From: Adineta vaga
Lineage: Eukaryota; Animalia; Rotifera
NCBI GenBank assembly: GCA_021613535.1
Contig: CP075496.1
Location: forward strand, 15,128,001-15,192,000
Length of the DNA stretch: 64,000 nucleotides
Direction of reading: 5' to 3'
The position numbers were made by a program, and so were the translations under genes. The notes below the pieces were generated by a model. That model saw nothing but the letters and a program-made list of their open reading frames with translations. It was not told the DNA's origin and searched no databases. Below, in pieces: positions 51,901 to 63,810 of the stretch. How positions within the stretch are numbered: position 1 is the stretch's first letter; every line of letters begins with the position of its first letter.

Positions 51901-52070
51901 TTACATAGAAAACTCTTTTCAGTGATACGAAACTAATTGTGCGACCGTATTAGGTATTCTAAATCTAGAGCATATCAGAAGTCATTGTGACTGAAAAATA
52001 AGTGATAGCCCTGAAGAACGCAGCTACTATGAACTTCTAGTGACGGTGAGATAGAAGTCATCTATATCAT

Positions 52071-52410
52071 CAATGACTATCACTGACCGACTAAGCCAGT
52101 TCAAAATAGACCGTCCATCAGGAATTTTTCTTTAGTGTCAATGACTATTATTCACTGACTAGTCCATTTCAAAATAGACCGTCCGTCACAGACTTTTCTT
52201 TAGTATCAACGATTATTATTCAGTGGCTAACCCATATTTATATAGGCTGTCCGTTAGAAATTTCTCGATGTCATCTATGATTATCATTGACTGACTAGAC
52301 CGTACGTCAGAATTTTTCCCATATTATCAATGACTATTATTGAGACATGAGTTGATATTCATGTAGAGCGTTCGTCAGAGAATTTCTTATCTTGTCATCG
52401 ACTACTACTG
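52071..52410. repeat. Diverged tandem repeat of about 68 bp (about 5 units)
   Basis: CAATGACTAT...ATAGACCGTCC unit starts at 52071, 52139, 52207 and 52275, then shorter or degenerate copies. Confidence 0.75.
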
Positions 52411-52921
52411 AGACGAAAATGTGATTGAATATTTTTCTTGTACTCTGTTTTGATGACGGTATGTAATGTTGGTTTTAAGTGGATGAACTTGTTTTCTTCA
52501 TATCGTCTTTTCTATTCCTATTTTAGAATAGTTGGCAGTTCATCCTCTAACGATGAATAGAATAGATAACTATACGACTAACTCGTTATTTCACTAGAGA
52601 TTCTGTGAATATGGATCTACAAGTTGTGTTTTTTAAATTAATTTTTCAGTTTCTTTTGTAGGCCAATGGCTATTCTGGATTTTCTAGTGAGTTTCTTTGA
52701 TCATATAAATATTTATGTTTGTATTTTAGAATTGTGCTACAACTTTATTAAGATTTAAATACATTTACGTGAATATATTAGTGGTCCTTATGTTCGGATC
52801 AAAACTTAACGTTGCTGTGTAAGTACAAGTTTATTATTGAATGGACTTAGTTCTTCTATTGAACCTGTGCGGATAGTTAGTGTAAGTAGTCTTTTTGATG
52901 AGATGCTTTCAAAGGATGTGC

Positions 52922-53457
52922 TGAGCTCCTGTGTATAGCATAGATCTCGATAAGATAACACGAATCTACTATCATGCCCTTCGTCAGGTCTTCTACTGGA
53001 AGTTGTTCTTATCTTACTATACTTTTACTTGAATGCTAACAAGAAATCGTACACGGCTGCGAACTTGATTTTGAGCATGACTGCTGCATACCAGACAGGT
53101 CTGAATAGAGCATACAAACCTCAATAGAGCAAGCACAGACAAATTTTCATTCGAAAACTTAGCGAAAATCTCCGTGATATATGATAATAAATATGATAAA
53201 ACTCAACAGAAATGACTGATGTTTTCGAATGAAAATTTGTCTGTGCTCGCTCTTTTGAGTTTTGTATGCTCTATTCAGACCTGTCTGGTATGCAGCAGTC
53301 ATGCTCAAAATCAAGTTCGCAGCCGTGTACGATTTCTTGTTAGCATTCAAGTAAAAGTATAGTAAGATAAGAACAACTTCCAGTAGAAGACCTGACGAAG
53401 GGCATGATAGCAGATTCGTGTTATCTTATCGAGATCTATGCTATACGCAGGAGCTCA
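52922..53457. repeat. Near-perfect palindrome: arms of about 237 bp, 62-bp spacer
   Basis: 52922-53158 is the reverse complement of 53221-53457 with only a few mismatches. Confidence 0.95.
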
Positions 53458-54849
53458 ACTCGAAGATGATTTTTCATTTTCTGCAAAACCATCTCGACGA
53501 ATCCTTTATTTCAACAATGTCAAAAGGAGTATTGTGCGAAACTATTTGTACCGAACCTTTTCATCGTCATAATTGTGAAGGTTTTGTAATGGACCTTCAA
53601 TACGAAACCTTGTTAAATTTTTCCTAGAAAGATTCGGTATAATGTGGTGTATTTAATTGTGCCTTTTTTTGAAAAGTGTGTAGTGATGGAAACCGCAGGT
53701 CTTTTGCACGTTGTGTTTTCTTGATGGTGTCCGTATGGTGGTAGAGGTTCCCAACTGCAGTTATGTAACAGCCATAAGAGCTGTCGTAATCACCGCTGTG
53801 AGTTAGAATCATGTGAACGCGTGGATATAATTGGTTTGAAAGATTGAAAGTGTTTTTCTGTCGTACTTTCGTAGATGTGTGCACCTATTAGTTAATGTTT
53901 CCGACTGTAGTGCGGGAACGGGTTATACTAGTCGCCGGATATGGGGTTATAGTTTGTCACCGTTTGAACGAGTGAATGTATCTATGCGTCAAGACAGGAA
54001 GTGTTTTCTTGTTTTAAATTTAAATACGTTCGCACATATTAGTTGAGGTTCCCGACTGAATGTGAGACACACTTCTGAAAAGTTTCCAAGCTAACCAACA
54101 TAGTATCCATATGAATACGCGCTGTCTAATGTTGAATGTGTGTACGAGGAAAAAAATCCTGTTGCAATACACGGTGCTTATTTTCATTCGGTTGCGACTT
54201 TCAGTCGGGAACCTCGACTGTGGGGTGGACACGGTCGGGATGTTATGAGCGGTTAAACGTGTTTTTTCAATTTCTCGCCTGCTTGGGAACTGCCGTAAAA
54301 GGTTACTGTTTACAGCTGGCGTTTACGATATATTACGGTACCATCCGAGTATCGTTTACAGTCGCCGTATTATAACAGTAGTCGTAGACGGCGAACGTAT
54401 ATGGACATCGTTTACGGCCGTACGTCGTTGAACTGGGAAGGTTTACATCTACTTTTGCCGTCGAGCTGTTTTTCTCATATCAGTTTTTTTCAACGATCAT
54501 TTGATAAAAACACATAAGAGAAAATATACAATAATATCATTTCATCCTGTTAGATAACTTTGAAAAAAAACACGATGTCAAAAATTCAATAAGCTCAAAG
54601 ACCATTTATAAGCCATCGTCTATTTGTATTCTTAACATAAGATTTCGATTTTTTTTGTACCATACTCTTATTTGTTTATGTTTATTCTTATCTTTCAAAT
54701 ATCATTTTTGTAATTGTCGAATTTAGACTAGTTTTGATTATTAGACTTGGTGATGATTTAGTAGCAATACTTGACGATGATTTTGTAGAGAGTTTAAACT
54801 GAAGAACAGAAAACAGTAGAAAAAATTATATAGATATGAGACTGAATGA

Positions 54850-55757
54850 CAGTGATGGGATCGGTTCGTGTTTTTGCAAAATCAAACCGAACCGAGAGGA
54901 TTTTCATTCAAACCGATCGAACCGAACCGAATCAAACCGAAATATAGTGCTTCTTCCAAATACTAGAAGTTTCTTTTTTAACTTTCGACTAAGAGAACCA
55001 TATAAAAAGTATCCATGTCTTTAAATCCTTTTGAGCGCTTTTTTCGGAGCCTTTTGCATCGTTTTCATAGCCAATTTTGAAAAATAATTGGATTTTGAGC
55101 TTAAAATGTGTTTAAAATTCAAAATTAGGTCTATAATCTCCGGGAGAAAGTTTGAACGGAACTGAAAACTTGGATATTTAAATTATTCAAAACTCATAGA
55201 ACACATTAGCAGTTACTTCCAAAACCTTTTAGCGTTGGCAACATTAGAGGCCTTGATGAATTTCTAATATGGAAGGATATTACAAAATTCAATGTGGTGA
55301 AAAATTCTAAGTGATCCTGTGAAAAATGATTTTATTGTTGATTTCCCTATCGATAGTGATAAATTAAAAATTCACTCCATCTAGCTAACTAATTCGACCA
55401 TCAAACAATTTGAATTTTTCAAAAATTTTGCAATAAGAGAAATCCTTATAAAGAAGCAAACAGAAAATAATAACAATTATATATCTCAATTCTCAAATCT
55501 TTGTAAAAGCGTAAAAACATGGTTAATTTTTCACTTCTGCATTGTTTGTAATTGAATTGCGAGACATTCCAATTAGACGAGTATCACTATTACAACTTCG
55601 CAGACGACATCTTTTCTGTTCTGACTATATGTTTCTCTGCTGTTCTTATTAATCAAGGTCAACAAAACATGTGTTCACTTTACTTTTACAAATACTTGGA
55701 ATCGGACCGACCCGAACCGGATTTTAAAAATGTCAAACCGAACCGATCCTATCACTG
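54850..55757. mobile_element. hAT-type non-autonomous element
   Basis: TIR CAGTGATGGGATCGGTTCG / CGAACCGATCCTATCACTG, 8-bp TSD CTG(A/T)ATGA, and subterminal AACCG repeats. Confidence 0.85.
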
Positions 55758-56180
55758 CTGTATGATGCTATGTCTTTTCATTTTCACTTACGAACAACGA
55801 TTCAGACTGCAATTTTCCACTCACTTAATTTTTCTGATGCAACAAATCTAGTAATACAATCTTAGATAAATGAAACAATAAAGTTAGTTCTCTTCGTGAA
55901 ATCTACTTACGACAATACGAAAGCAGATGTGAATAGTTATTAAATATAAGTATAGAATATAATAAAAACGTTGGGATTTAGGTAGACAATATGAAAGCAA
56001 GCTGCTTTCAGTAAGGTTTATTATTATCCGTGATAAGAGTTTAATAAAAAAAAGTCATAATTTTTTTATGGAAATGCATTTTCCTGAAAAGAAAAAAAAG
56101 CTTGACAGATGGAATCTTTTTTATTTTACTGAAGCTTTTCAGATGAATAAAATTCCATTTCATACGCATTCATTGTAATC

Positions 56181-59100
56181 ATGACCAACTTTTGTCGTCA
56201 GACAATATCTTCTCTGAAAAATTATCTTTTGAATCTCAATCTTTTCGAATCATCATCCAATAGTAATGAAACAGACGAACAACAACAACGTCGCTTCAAT
56301 ATTATTGTCACTCGTGTTTACTTAGTTGTTCTTATATTTCTTCTCATTTATTACAGTTTTTTAATATGGTCAGATTTGGAAAAAATCCACATAACACTGT
56401 ATAATTTCAATGAACAAGAGCTAAATGATTTGGCAATTGATGCAAATTGTCCTTGTTCTCGTATTTCACTATCATATGGTGAGTTTGTCTCATTAGAACC
56501 GATTTTACATCAAGTTTGCTCGAGTGATTTTGTGTCCGATCATTGGATTAAAGCCATTTATTCAAGTTCGAATTCTACGTATTTTAATTTGAATGACTTT
56601 CGTACATTTGGAAGTAGCCAATTTCAAGCTTTGGCTGGTTTTTGTAATCTATCACGTTCCTATCTTCAGCAAAATATTGATTCATTTAAACAAAGCATAT
56701 TTTTCAATTCACAAATCTTATCAAAGACTACTTTTCAGAAGGTAGTACAATCAGCTATTGTTCAGTTTCAGCAGACCGTACCTCAAACATTTGCAACGGA
56801 ATTAGATCTCATACGGCGACTAACAATAACCAATCGACTTGTATCCGGACTTCAAACAAATTTTATTATAAAATATGATGACAGTGGCAACTATCTTACT
56901 ACCAATACGTACAATAACTATAGTGAAACATCTTGTAACTGTCTATTAAATTTTCAGTGTACATCAAATGCTACCTATGATAGCATATTTGGAGCACCAA
57001 CACAGGAATATTCTGAGAACATCAAGATACTACGTGGAATATCTTCGGGTTGTCTACCGGTGGATTCAATTCTTTCATCCACATTGAAATGTTTCTACAA
57101 ACAGATATGTTTAGACGATCTTATCTCATTTTTTGCAACTGATAAACGATTCTTAGCAATGAAAATCAATAATAAAAGTCATTTTAGGTCATCTGCAACC
57201 GTACAATCAATCGTCGATCAATTGATGATAGAAGATTGGATCATCAATATATCTTATCGAAAATATTTTAATAGTTGTGCCGCTCTTTCATGTACTTATT
57301 CAATAAGAAAACGATATAGTATGGTATATGTATTAATAAAGCTAGTTAGTTTTCTCAGCGGCTTGATATTAGTACTCAGACTCGTGATTCCAGCTATTGT
57401 TCGATTTATAATAGATAAATTAAATAATGTACAATATCCAAAAATTCCTTGTAAGTAACTTGTTGTTATATTATATTCACTTGTGTACGATTTCGATTCT
57501 TAGTTTGTACTCGTATAATTCAAATAAAAGCGAACGTGAAAAAATTAATCATTGAATTAAATACATTCGAATCTTTTCCTTGTAATGATCGACAAGTTCG
57601 ATATCAACGCTATGCTACTCGATCGCGTATATTCTTGATCATTATTTCGGTAGCAATTGTAGCCGGATACATGCTGATGATTATATCAAGTCATCATCGT
57701 ACTATTATAAATCCAACAGAATCGGAATATATTAATCTTGAACAAACATATTCAACTGATCTCAATTGTTCATGTACTTCGACATCTATACCATATCTTT
57801 CTTTTATGACTATTAAATCTTGCAAACATCAGTTATGCTCCAGTTATTTGATTACGCCACACTGGATTAACTACACTCATTCCGAGAGTCATCTTCTTAT
57901 GTATATTCTTGACTATCGACAACAAGCTAGTAGTCAATTTCAAGCATTGGCAGTGCTTTGTGAACAGTCTCAAGCTGCATTCAATAATACACTCGATATT
58001 TTTCTTCGAACAGAGATTATTAATGCAAAAGTGATTCGCCAAGAATTATTTAAAACTAAAATGAAGCAACTTATCAAAAGTTGGAAATCATTAATGATTA
58101 GTCAGTTTAGACAAAGAATAGAGCTTATTCGACACACTACGTTTTTAAATCAACTAATGAATCGTAATAATATTTTCTTTCAGAGTGAAAGTACTGAAGG
58201 AAAAATAATTACGGAGCCTAGACGCTATGGTGACTGCAGTTGTGGTTTGAATCGAACATGCCATGAATCTATGAAAATAGACCCTTATAAGCCAAATGAT
58301 CATCTGCTAGTCTTTACGGTTCCTAATTTTTTCGTAGGTTGTTATCCTTTGGAAGCATTATTATTATCGACATTGGAATGTTTCTATAATCAATCATGTA
58401 TGGAACAACTTTATTCATATTATCATGTACCTCTCCACAAATCGTGGACTCTTCCCGCACTCAATTCAAGTCTTAGTTCATCTAACGAAACAATTGAATC
58501 AATGGTCAATCAATTAATGATTGCTGAGTGGTTCGAAAATGTTAATTTTAGTTCTTACTATAATAAATGTGCTCCAAAATCATGTATCATCGAATACAAT
58601 GCTCGCTATAGTCCCATGGCTATTATCAATATTGTTACTGGTGTTCTTGGTGGATTATCCCTTGGTTTACAAATGCTCATACGGTTGGCACTTTTTATTA
58701 TCGAAAAACTGATCGCTGGGTTTTCTTTTCGATCATTTTCAAAGTCGTTCTTAGAGCTTTTTGACTTCAGTGATGAGGAGAAATCGACGCATCTATTACA
58801 TGTTATTGTTGTCATAGTGATTCTTTATGCCTTTTACATGCATCAAGCATTTGATTCTGACGTAATCAAAAAAGAAATAAGGAAACCGTCACGAACCATC
58901 TATGACAATTTGATTAAACAATATCCTGATTCTCTAAACTGTTCTTGCTCAGAATTATCCATTCAATATTATTCGTTTCTTAATATAACTGCTCATTTTC
59001 ATCAAATATGCTCAAGAGATTTCGTTTCAGAAGCATGGAATGTAGTTAACAGTAATTCATGGGTTTTGTTTTTGGGTATTGAGAAAAACTATGCGTATGC

Positions 59101-59866
59101 AGGTTTAGCACAATTACAAGCGATGGTTTCACTTTGTAAAATGTCTCAAGACATAGTACATGATTCACTTGATCAATTATTAACAAGTCATTTGGTCAAT
59201 AATCAATTATTATCATTAACTTTATTGAAAGAACATATTCAAACACTTATTCATGATTTCAAAATACGAGTACCACAAACATTAATGAATATGTTTGCAT
59301 TGATTCGCATGACAACAACGGCAAATAAATTGATGGTCACATACGGTACCAGTTGGATATTTGCTTTTCCACCAACTAGAATTTCACATCATACTCTACA
59401 CACAGTTACAACCGTTACATCAGACTGTAATTGTGCTTTGACTCCGAACTGTCTTATAAAAAATATTTTAGGAATACAAATTGGTTGTTATGTAACTGAA
59501 GCTGTCTGTCAATCAACAATTGAATGTCCCTACGATCGACATTGCTTGGATTTAACGAATACTAGTCAACCATTAGATGACTCGATCGAACAGAGTCGTT
59601 TTCTTACGAATTCAACATTTGAATCAGTTTTCAATGAATTGATGTTAGAAAAACTTGTCCATAATCTATCGTACGATGCTTATTTTAATCGTTGTGCACC
59701 CTCATTATGTACTCGTTCTTCGTCTAACGAAAGTAATATAATCAAAGGATTTACAGCATTGGTTTCTCTCTATGGTGGTGTGGTAATCATTGGAAAACTT
59801 GCTGCAGTAATCATCGTCAAACTGTTACGATGTCGATCAACTAGGGTTATAGCAACAGCGAATTAA
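56181..59866 (+). CDS. Membrane protein of about 1210 aa made of three tandem TM-Cys-rich ectodomain-TM modules; intron 57451-57503
   Basis: GT-AG intron splices in frame. The motif set CxC...Y..F......HQ.CS..F....W ... GC ...LL.STL.CFY...C ... Y..Y...CAP..C.. TM(GG) occurs three times. Confidence 0.85.
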
Positions 59867-60065
59867 ACTATTCAAAAATATTGTTTTCTTTGCTTTAAAA
59901 ATGTTTGTCAATGTAAAACTAATTTGCTAATATTAACTCTTGCTTCTTTAACAATCGATTTTGATGTCTAAATAAGTTGAAATACTGTAGATAATATTTA
60001 GAGTTCCAATCACAAGTATAAACTTAACAAAGAAAACTAGTGTCGTACATAGTTAGCAAGCCATA

Positions 60066-60133
60066 TTGAAGTGAAGAGTGGGTGTGGGTGTGGGTGAAGA
60101 AAAGAGTAATACTCACACCCACACCCTTCAGAT
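60066..60133. repeat. Head-to-head telomeric-repeat cassette #10
   Basis: GAGTGGGTGTGGGTGTGGG-TGAAGAAAAGAGTAATACT-CACACCCACACCCTTCAGAT. Cuts the neighbouring transposase. Confidence 0.9.
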
Positions 60134-60844
60134 CGAGTGAATTTCCAGGCCAGATACCATTACCCCAAAACTGAATATCGTTGTCTTGAAGCAAATGTTG
60201 GGTCTCATATGCTCGCATACATAGTACTTTATTATGGACTAATGTAACTTCATCGACATCGATAACATTTTGTTCAGTTAAGACTACATCACGAAAATAT
60301 TGACCAGTCCAAGATTCACCTTTTTCTTTAATCACCCAACGTAACCTTTTTGCGGTAAAGGTGACAACAATGCCAATACATGCTTGATTTGTAACCATTT
60401 CTCGATAACGTTCGTCTTCTTCGATATCATCGATACTTTTCGCCCGAATTCGATCATTTTGATGATTTGGTCGACGAGCAACACATAAATAAAATTCATC
60501 AGACGGTGCGAGATGAAGAAATTCTTCCTCGGTCCAGTCTTTCAACCAGGCACACAGCCATAATCGGTTCGATATATAAGTTTCAGATTTGAACGGTTTT
60601 GAAATAACATGGAAAGGTTTGAGCCCTTCTCTATGACGGTAATTATTAATTGTTCCTCGAGCGACATATTCTTTTTGCTTTTGTACCATTTCCTTTGCTG
60701 ACCACATTGGACTGAGCGATGAACTTTCTCCGCGACCCATTGTCGATTAATAAATGTTGCACCAGCAACTCGAGCTTCACGGAAAGCGATATACTTAATA
60801 CGGTCAATAACTCTTTGCTCTTCATTATCGTAAGTGCCAGCCAT
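60128..60844 (-). pseudogene. Tc1/mariner (IS630-like) transposase, decayed, truncated at the WPxNSPDLN motif
   Basis: APSDEF (first catalytic D), HNK (degenerate second D) and WPGNSLDL, which runs directly into telomeric repeats. Has a deletion or frameshift near 60700. Confidence 0.8.
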
Positions 60845-61795
60845 TTAGAGTGATAAGCTTGTTTGATTCACGGAAAGGACAGAGTTGTTATGAAATATAT
60901 TGATCAGAAAATGCCCTTATGTGTCGTCTGATAAATGTTTACAATTTTTTCATTCTACTGCGTTCTAAGATAAGAAAAATAAAAAAAATATCTTCTCTCC
61001 ACCGCAGTCACGACGTGCAGACAACACAACGCAAAAGAACCGTAATATCTTTTGAATCATGATCAGTGGTTACGACCATTGTAACAATTTTCTTTTGATT
61101 TTTCCACAGATTTCGTTGTTTCTTTGAGCTAAATCTCGTCAACAATCAATTACGATGATCACCGTATGCCCAATTTCTCAAACTTTGTTATTCTTATCAT
61201 ACAAAAAAGTTTCAGTATCAATTAAAATAATAGCGGTATTCCCCTGGCAAAATATTATTCCCAACCTAGCATATCTCTACAGAACGAAAAAAAGACGTAT
61301 TGTCTTTTGCCTGCTCTATTAGATGGCCTACTTTGTGGCATGAAACGCACATATTAGCTTACAGCAGATCACTTTTTTAATCGATTCTCTATTTCAAAAC
61401 GTAGAAGAAAGATATAAGTTAACGTTTTTGACGAAATAATATGCTTTTGATAAATTTCGTGGTAAGTGTTTTTCGTAAACGTTCAGTAAAAAATAACCAC
61501 TGATTTGATCGAGATGACTCAAACGCAGAACGATAGAGTAACATCTACTCTATCTATATGACATATAAAAAAAATTGAATTTTAAAAAACATTTTTCGAA
61601 AAAAGAGAGGAGAATGCTTAATCTTTTTTATCATGAAAGTGTCCAGGTGGATTACAAATCGTCGATGAATTGACGCCCCGTCACATACACTGTGTTGTTT
61701 TCAGTCGTGAGCAAAAGCCTAGTGTATATATACTCTCGTAGTTTGATTATTTTTCACTTTGAAAGAAAGCTATTCCTGTAATACTTGTGGACGAA

Positions 61796-63020
61796 ATGAC
61801 GAGCATGTTTCAAGCCATTTCTCTGTGCCTTTCCATCATCTTGATTCTAGTGAAGATATCCCACGGTGAGTATTCGTTTCCCTCTCTCTGAACAAGGCAT
61901 GTATGTATGCGTACTTTTATTGACAGGACAAAATTGTGCAAGGGTTGGTTGCGGTCCTGGCTTCTGTTGTTCCAAATGGGGCTTGTGAGTTTTCATTCTC
62001 TCGTATAATGTGCAGTTCATATTCTAATTACATTTCTTACCGTCAGCTGTGGGAACTCGGAGCTTCACTGCAGAGAACGGATTGACGATCCAGTGGTTGG
62101 CACGATCGGTATTCCTTGTAATCCACCATGTCGACCGGGCCATTGCTGCTCCAAATGGGGCTTGTAAGGATATTTCTCATTGCAGATTCACGGTTACAAC
62201 ACCTCTCTGATCTTCCATTCTAGTTGTGGCGACTCGCCTCTTTATTGCGCTCCCGGTTCGACGACAACACGAGCGACAACGACCACAACTAGAACCATGA
62301 CAAGTGCGACCACCATGACTACGACAACAACGAACTCAGAAAACGCCTACATCTAGTAATGGTTCGGAGACGAATAACAAGATCACTCGAGAACAGTTCG
62401 ACTGTATCTTTGGGAAACTAAGTGAAGATGTTAGAGACAAACGCTGGCAAGGTACTCGTTCGAAGCTGATGAAGCAAACAAATATTTTCTTCTTCGGATG
62501 TGTTCTAGGTTATCAAGAGGCACTATCGATGGTGTCATTCAAACCCCAAAATCAGAACGAACTGATCATGTTTTTTGCACATGTCTCATATGAGACGAAT
62601 GGCTTACAGACGTATGAAGAATATTGTGGAAAGTCAAAGGAATGCGCTAGCAGTTATGAAATTTCCTGGTGTGGGTCGGTCACCGCAGAGCCGGGCAAGC
62701 ACTATTACGGTCGCGGCTGGTTGAAATTATCATTTCCATGCAACTACAATGCAGCTGGCCAAGCTCTTGGTATTGATCTCTTGAAGAACCCAGAGAAGGT
62801 TGCCGATTCAGATGTAGTGGCCGCTGCAATTGGCATGTGGTTCTGGAATGCTAACAACATAGATCAACCAGCACGGCAAGAAAACTTTGGCGCCACGACT
62901 CAAATCATCAACAGTCTCGAATGTGGACCAACGCCACAACAGACCAACAGAATCAGTCAATATCAAGAAGTGCGGCTCTGCTTCGGTCTCGAGAGAGACA
63001 CCACGAATCTACGCTGTTGA
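61796..63020 (+). CDS. Secreted GH19 chitinase with two hevein-like chitin-binding domains; 5 exons, frameshift near 62330
   Basis: Signal-peptide exon, two CCSKWGFCG domains, Thr linker, and GH19 motifs FFAHVSYETNG and YYGRG...LS...NY. Introns 61866-61926, 61985-62046, 62164-62223 and 62452-62508. The upstream frame hits TAG at 62354. Confidence 0.85.
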
Positions 63021-63559
63021 GCAAAGATCGATTCCTCTTGCCTTATGTTGATGGCCTCTTTTTGACTCAAAAGGAAAAACTGATATGATACACCATATTC
63101 TGCGTATCGATAGACCGTTTCATTTTTATTTGAAAAGATATAGTGCCAAAAACTGTATAAACAATTTCCTATAGGATAGAAAATTGTCACCGAAACCATT
63201 CATTTATTATACACAATATGTGGTTTATCAGGTAGATTATGTATTTTTGCTATTAAAGAAACAACTAACACGGCAAAAGACACTAGCTCCCATGGATTTT
63301 ATAACGCTTTTACCGACGTAGCTTTGGAAAATTTTATAAAATATTACATAGCAATGTTTTCACTGATTCTCACCTATAATTCAAGCTATGTACAATAATT
63401 TGAGAAAGTCTCAAAGAACTTCCGAGACAACCTTCATACCCAAAACTTCCAGCTCAGCTAACTTCGATGCCCTTTCCGCTTTTTTATCAAAACAAACATC
63501 AGCTTTCTTCTCTTATCACAAACGTTTCCATCGCTGTATTTACCCTTCTCTTTTCGCCG

Positions 63560-63810
63560 TTCGTTGAATTAAACCCTCAGTAACTTTTTTAGATAAAGAA
63601 TATCGGCAGTAATACCAGCAAGAACGAGCCTTTTCCTATGCGTCATTTTGTAGCTCATTGATTGATGCTTCATCGGTTTCCAAATGAAAAAAAGCCAGGG
63701 GATTCGTATTCAAGAGGGAACGAGCAGTTGAAATTCTTTGAACTTTCAGTAAATCTTCAATGTCTTCAGACGTGAATTCTTGAACGAATGTATAAAAGGT
63801 ATCACTTTTA
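63560..63810 (-). pseudogene. Decayed ORF remnant, possibly the N-terminus of a DNA-transposon protein
   Basis: DTFYTFVQEFTSEDIEDLLKVQRISTARSLL... followed by stops. Family not firmly identifiable. Confidence 0.25.

Noticed and set aside
51290-52410. CRISPR-like repeat/spacer appearance
   Set aside because: Whole units are homologous tandem repeats with no unique spacers, there are no cas genes, and the context is eukaryotic.
53385-53430. Hammerhead ribozyme at CTGACGA
   Set aside because: No stem II closure or downstream GAAA core could be found.
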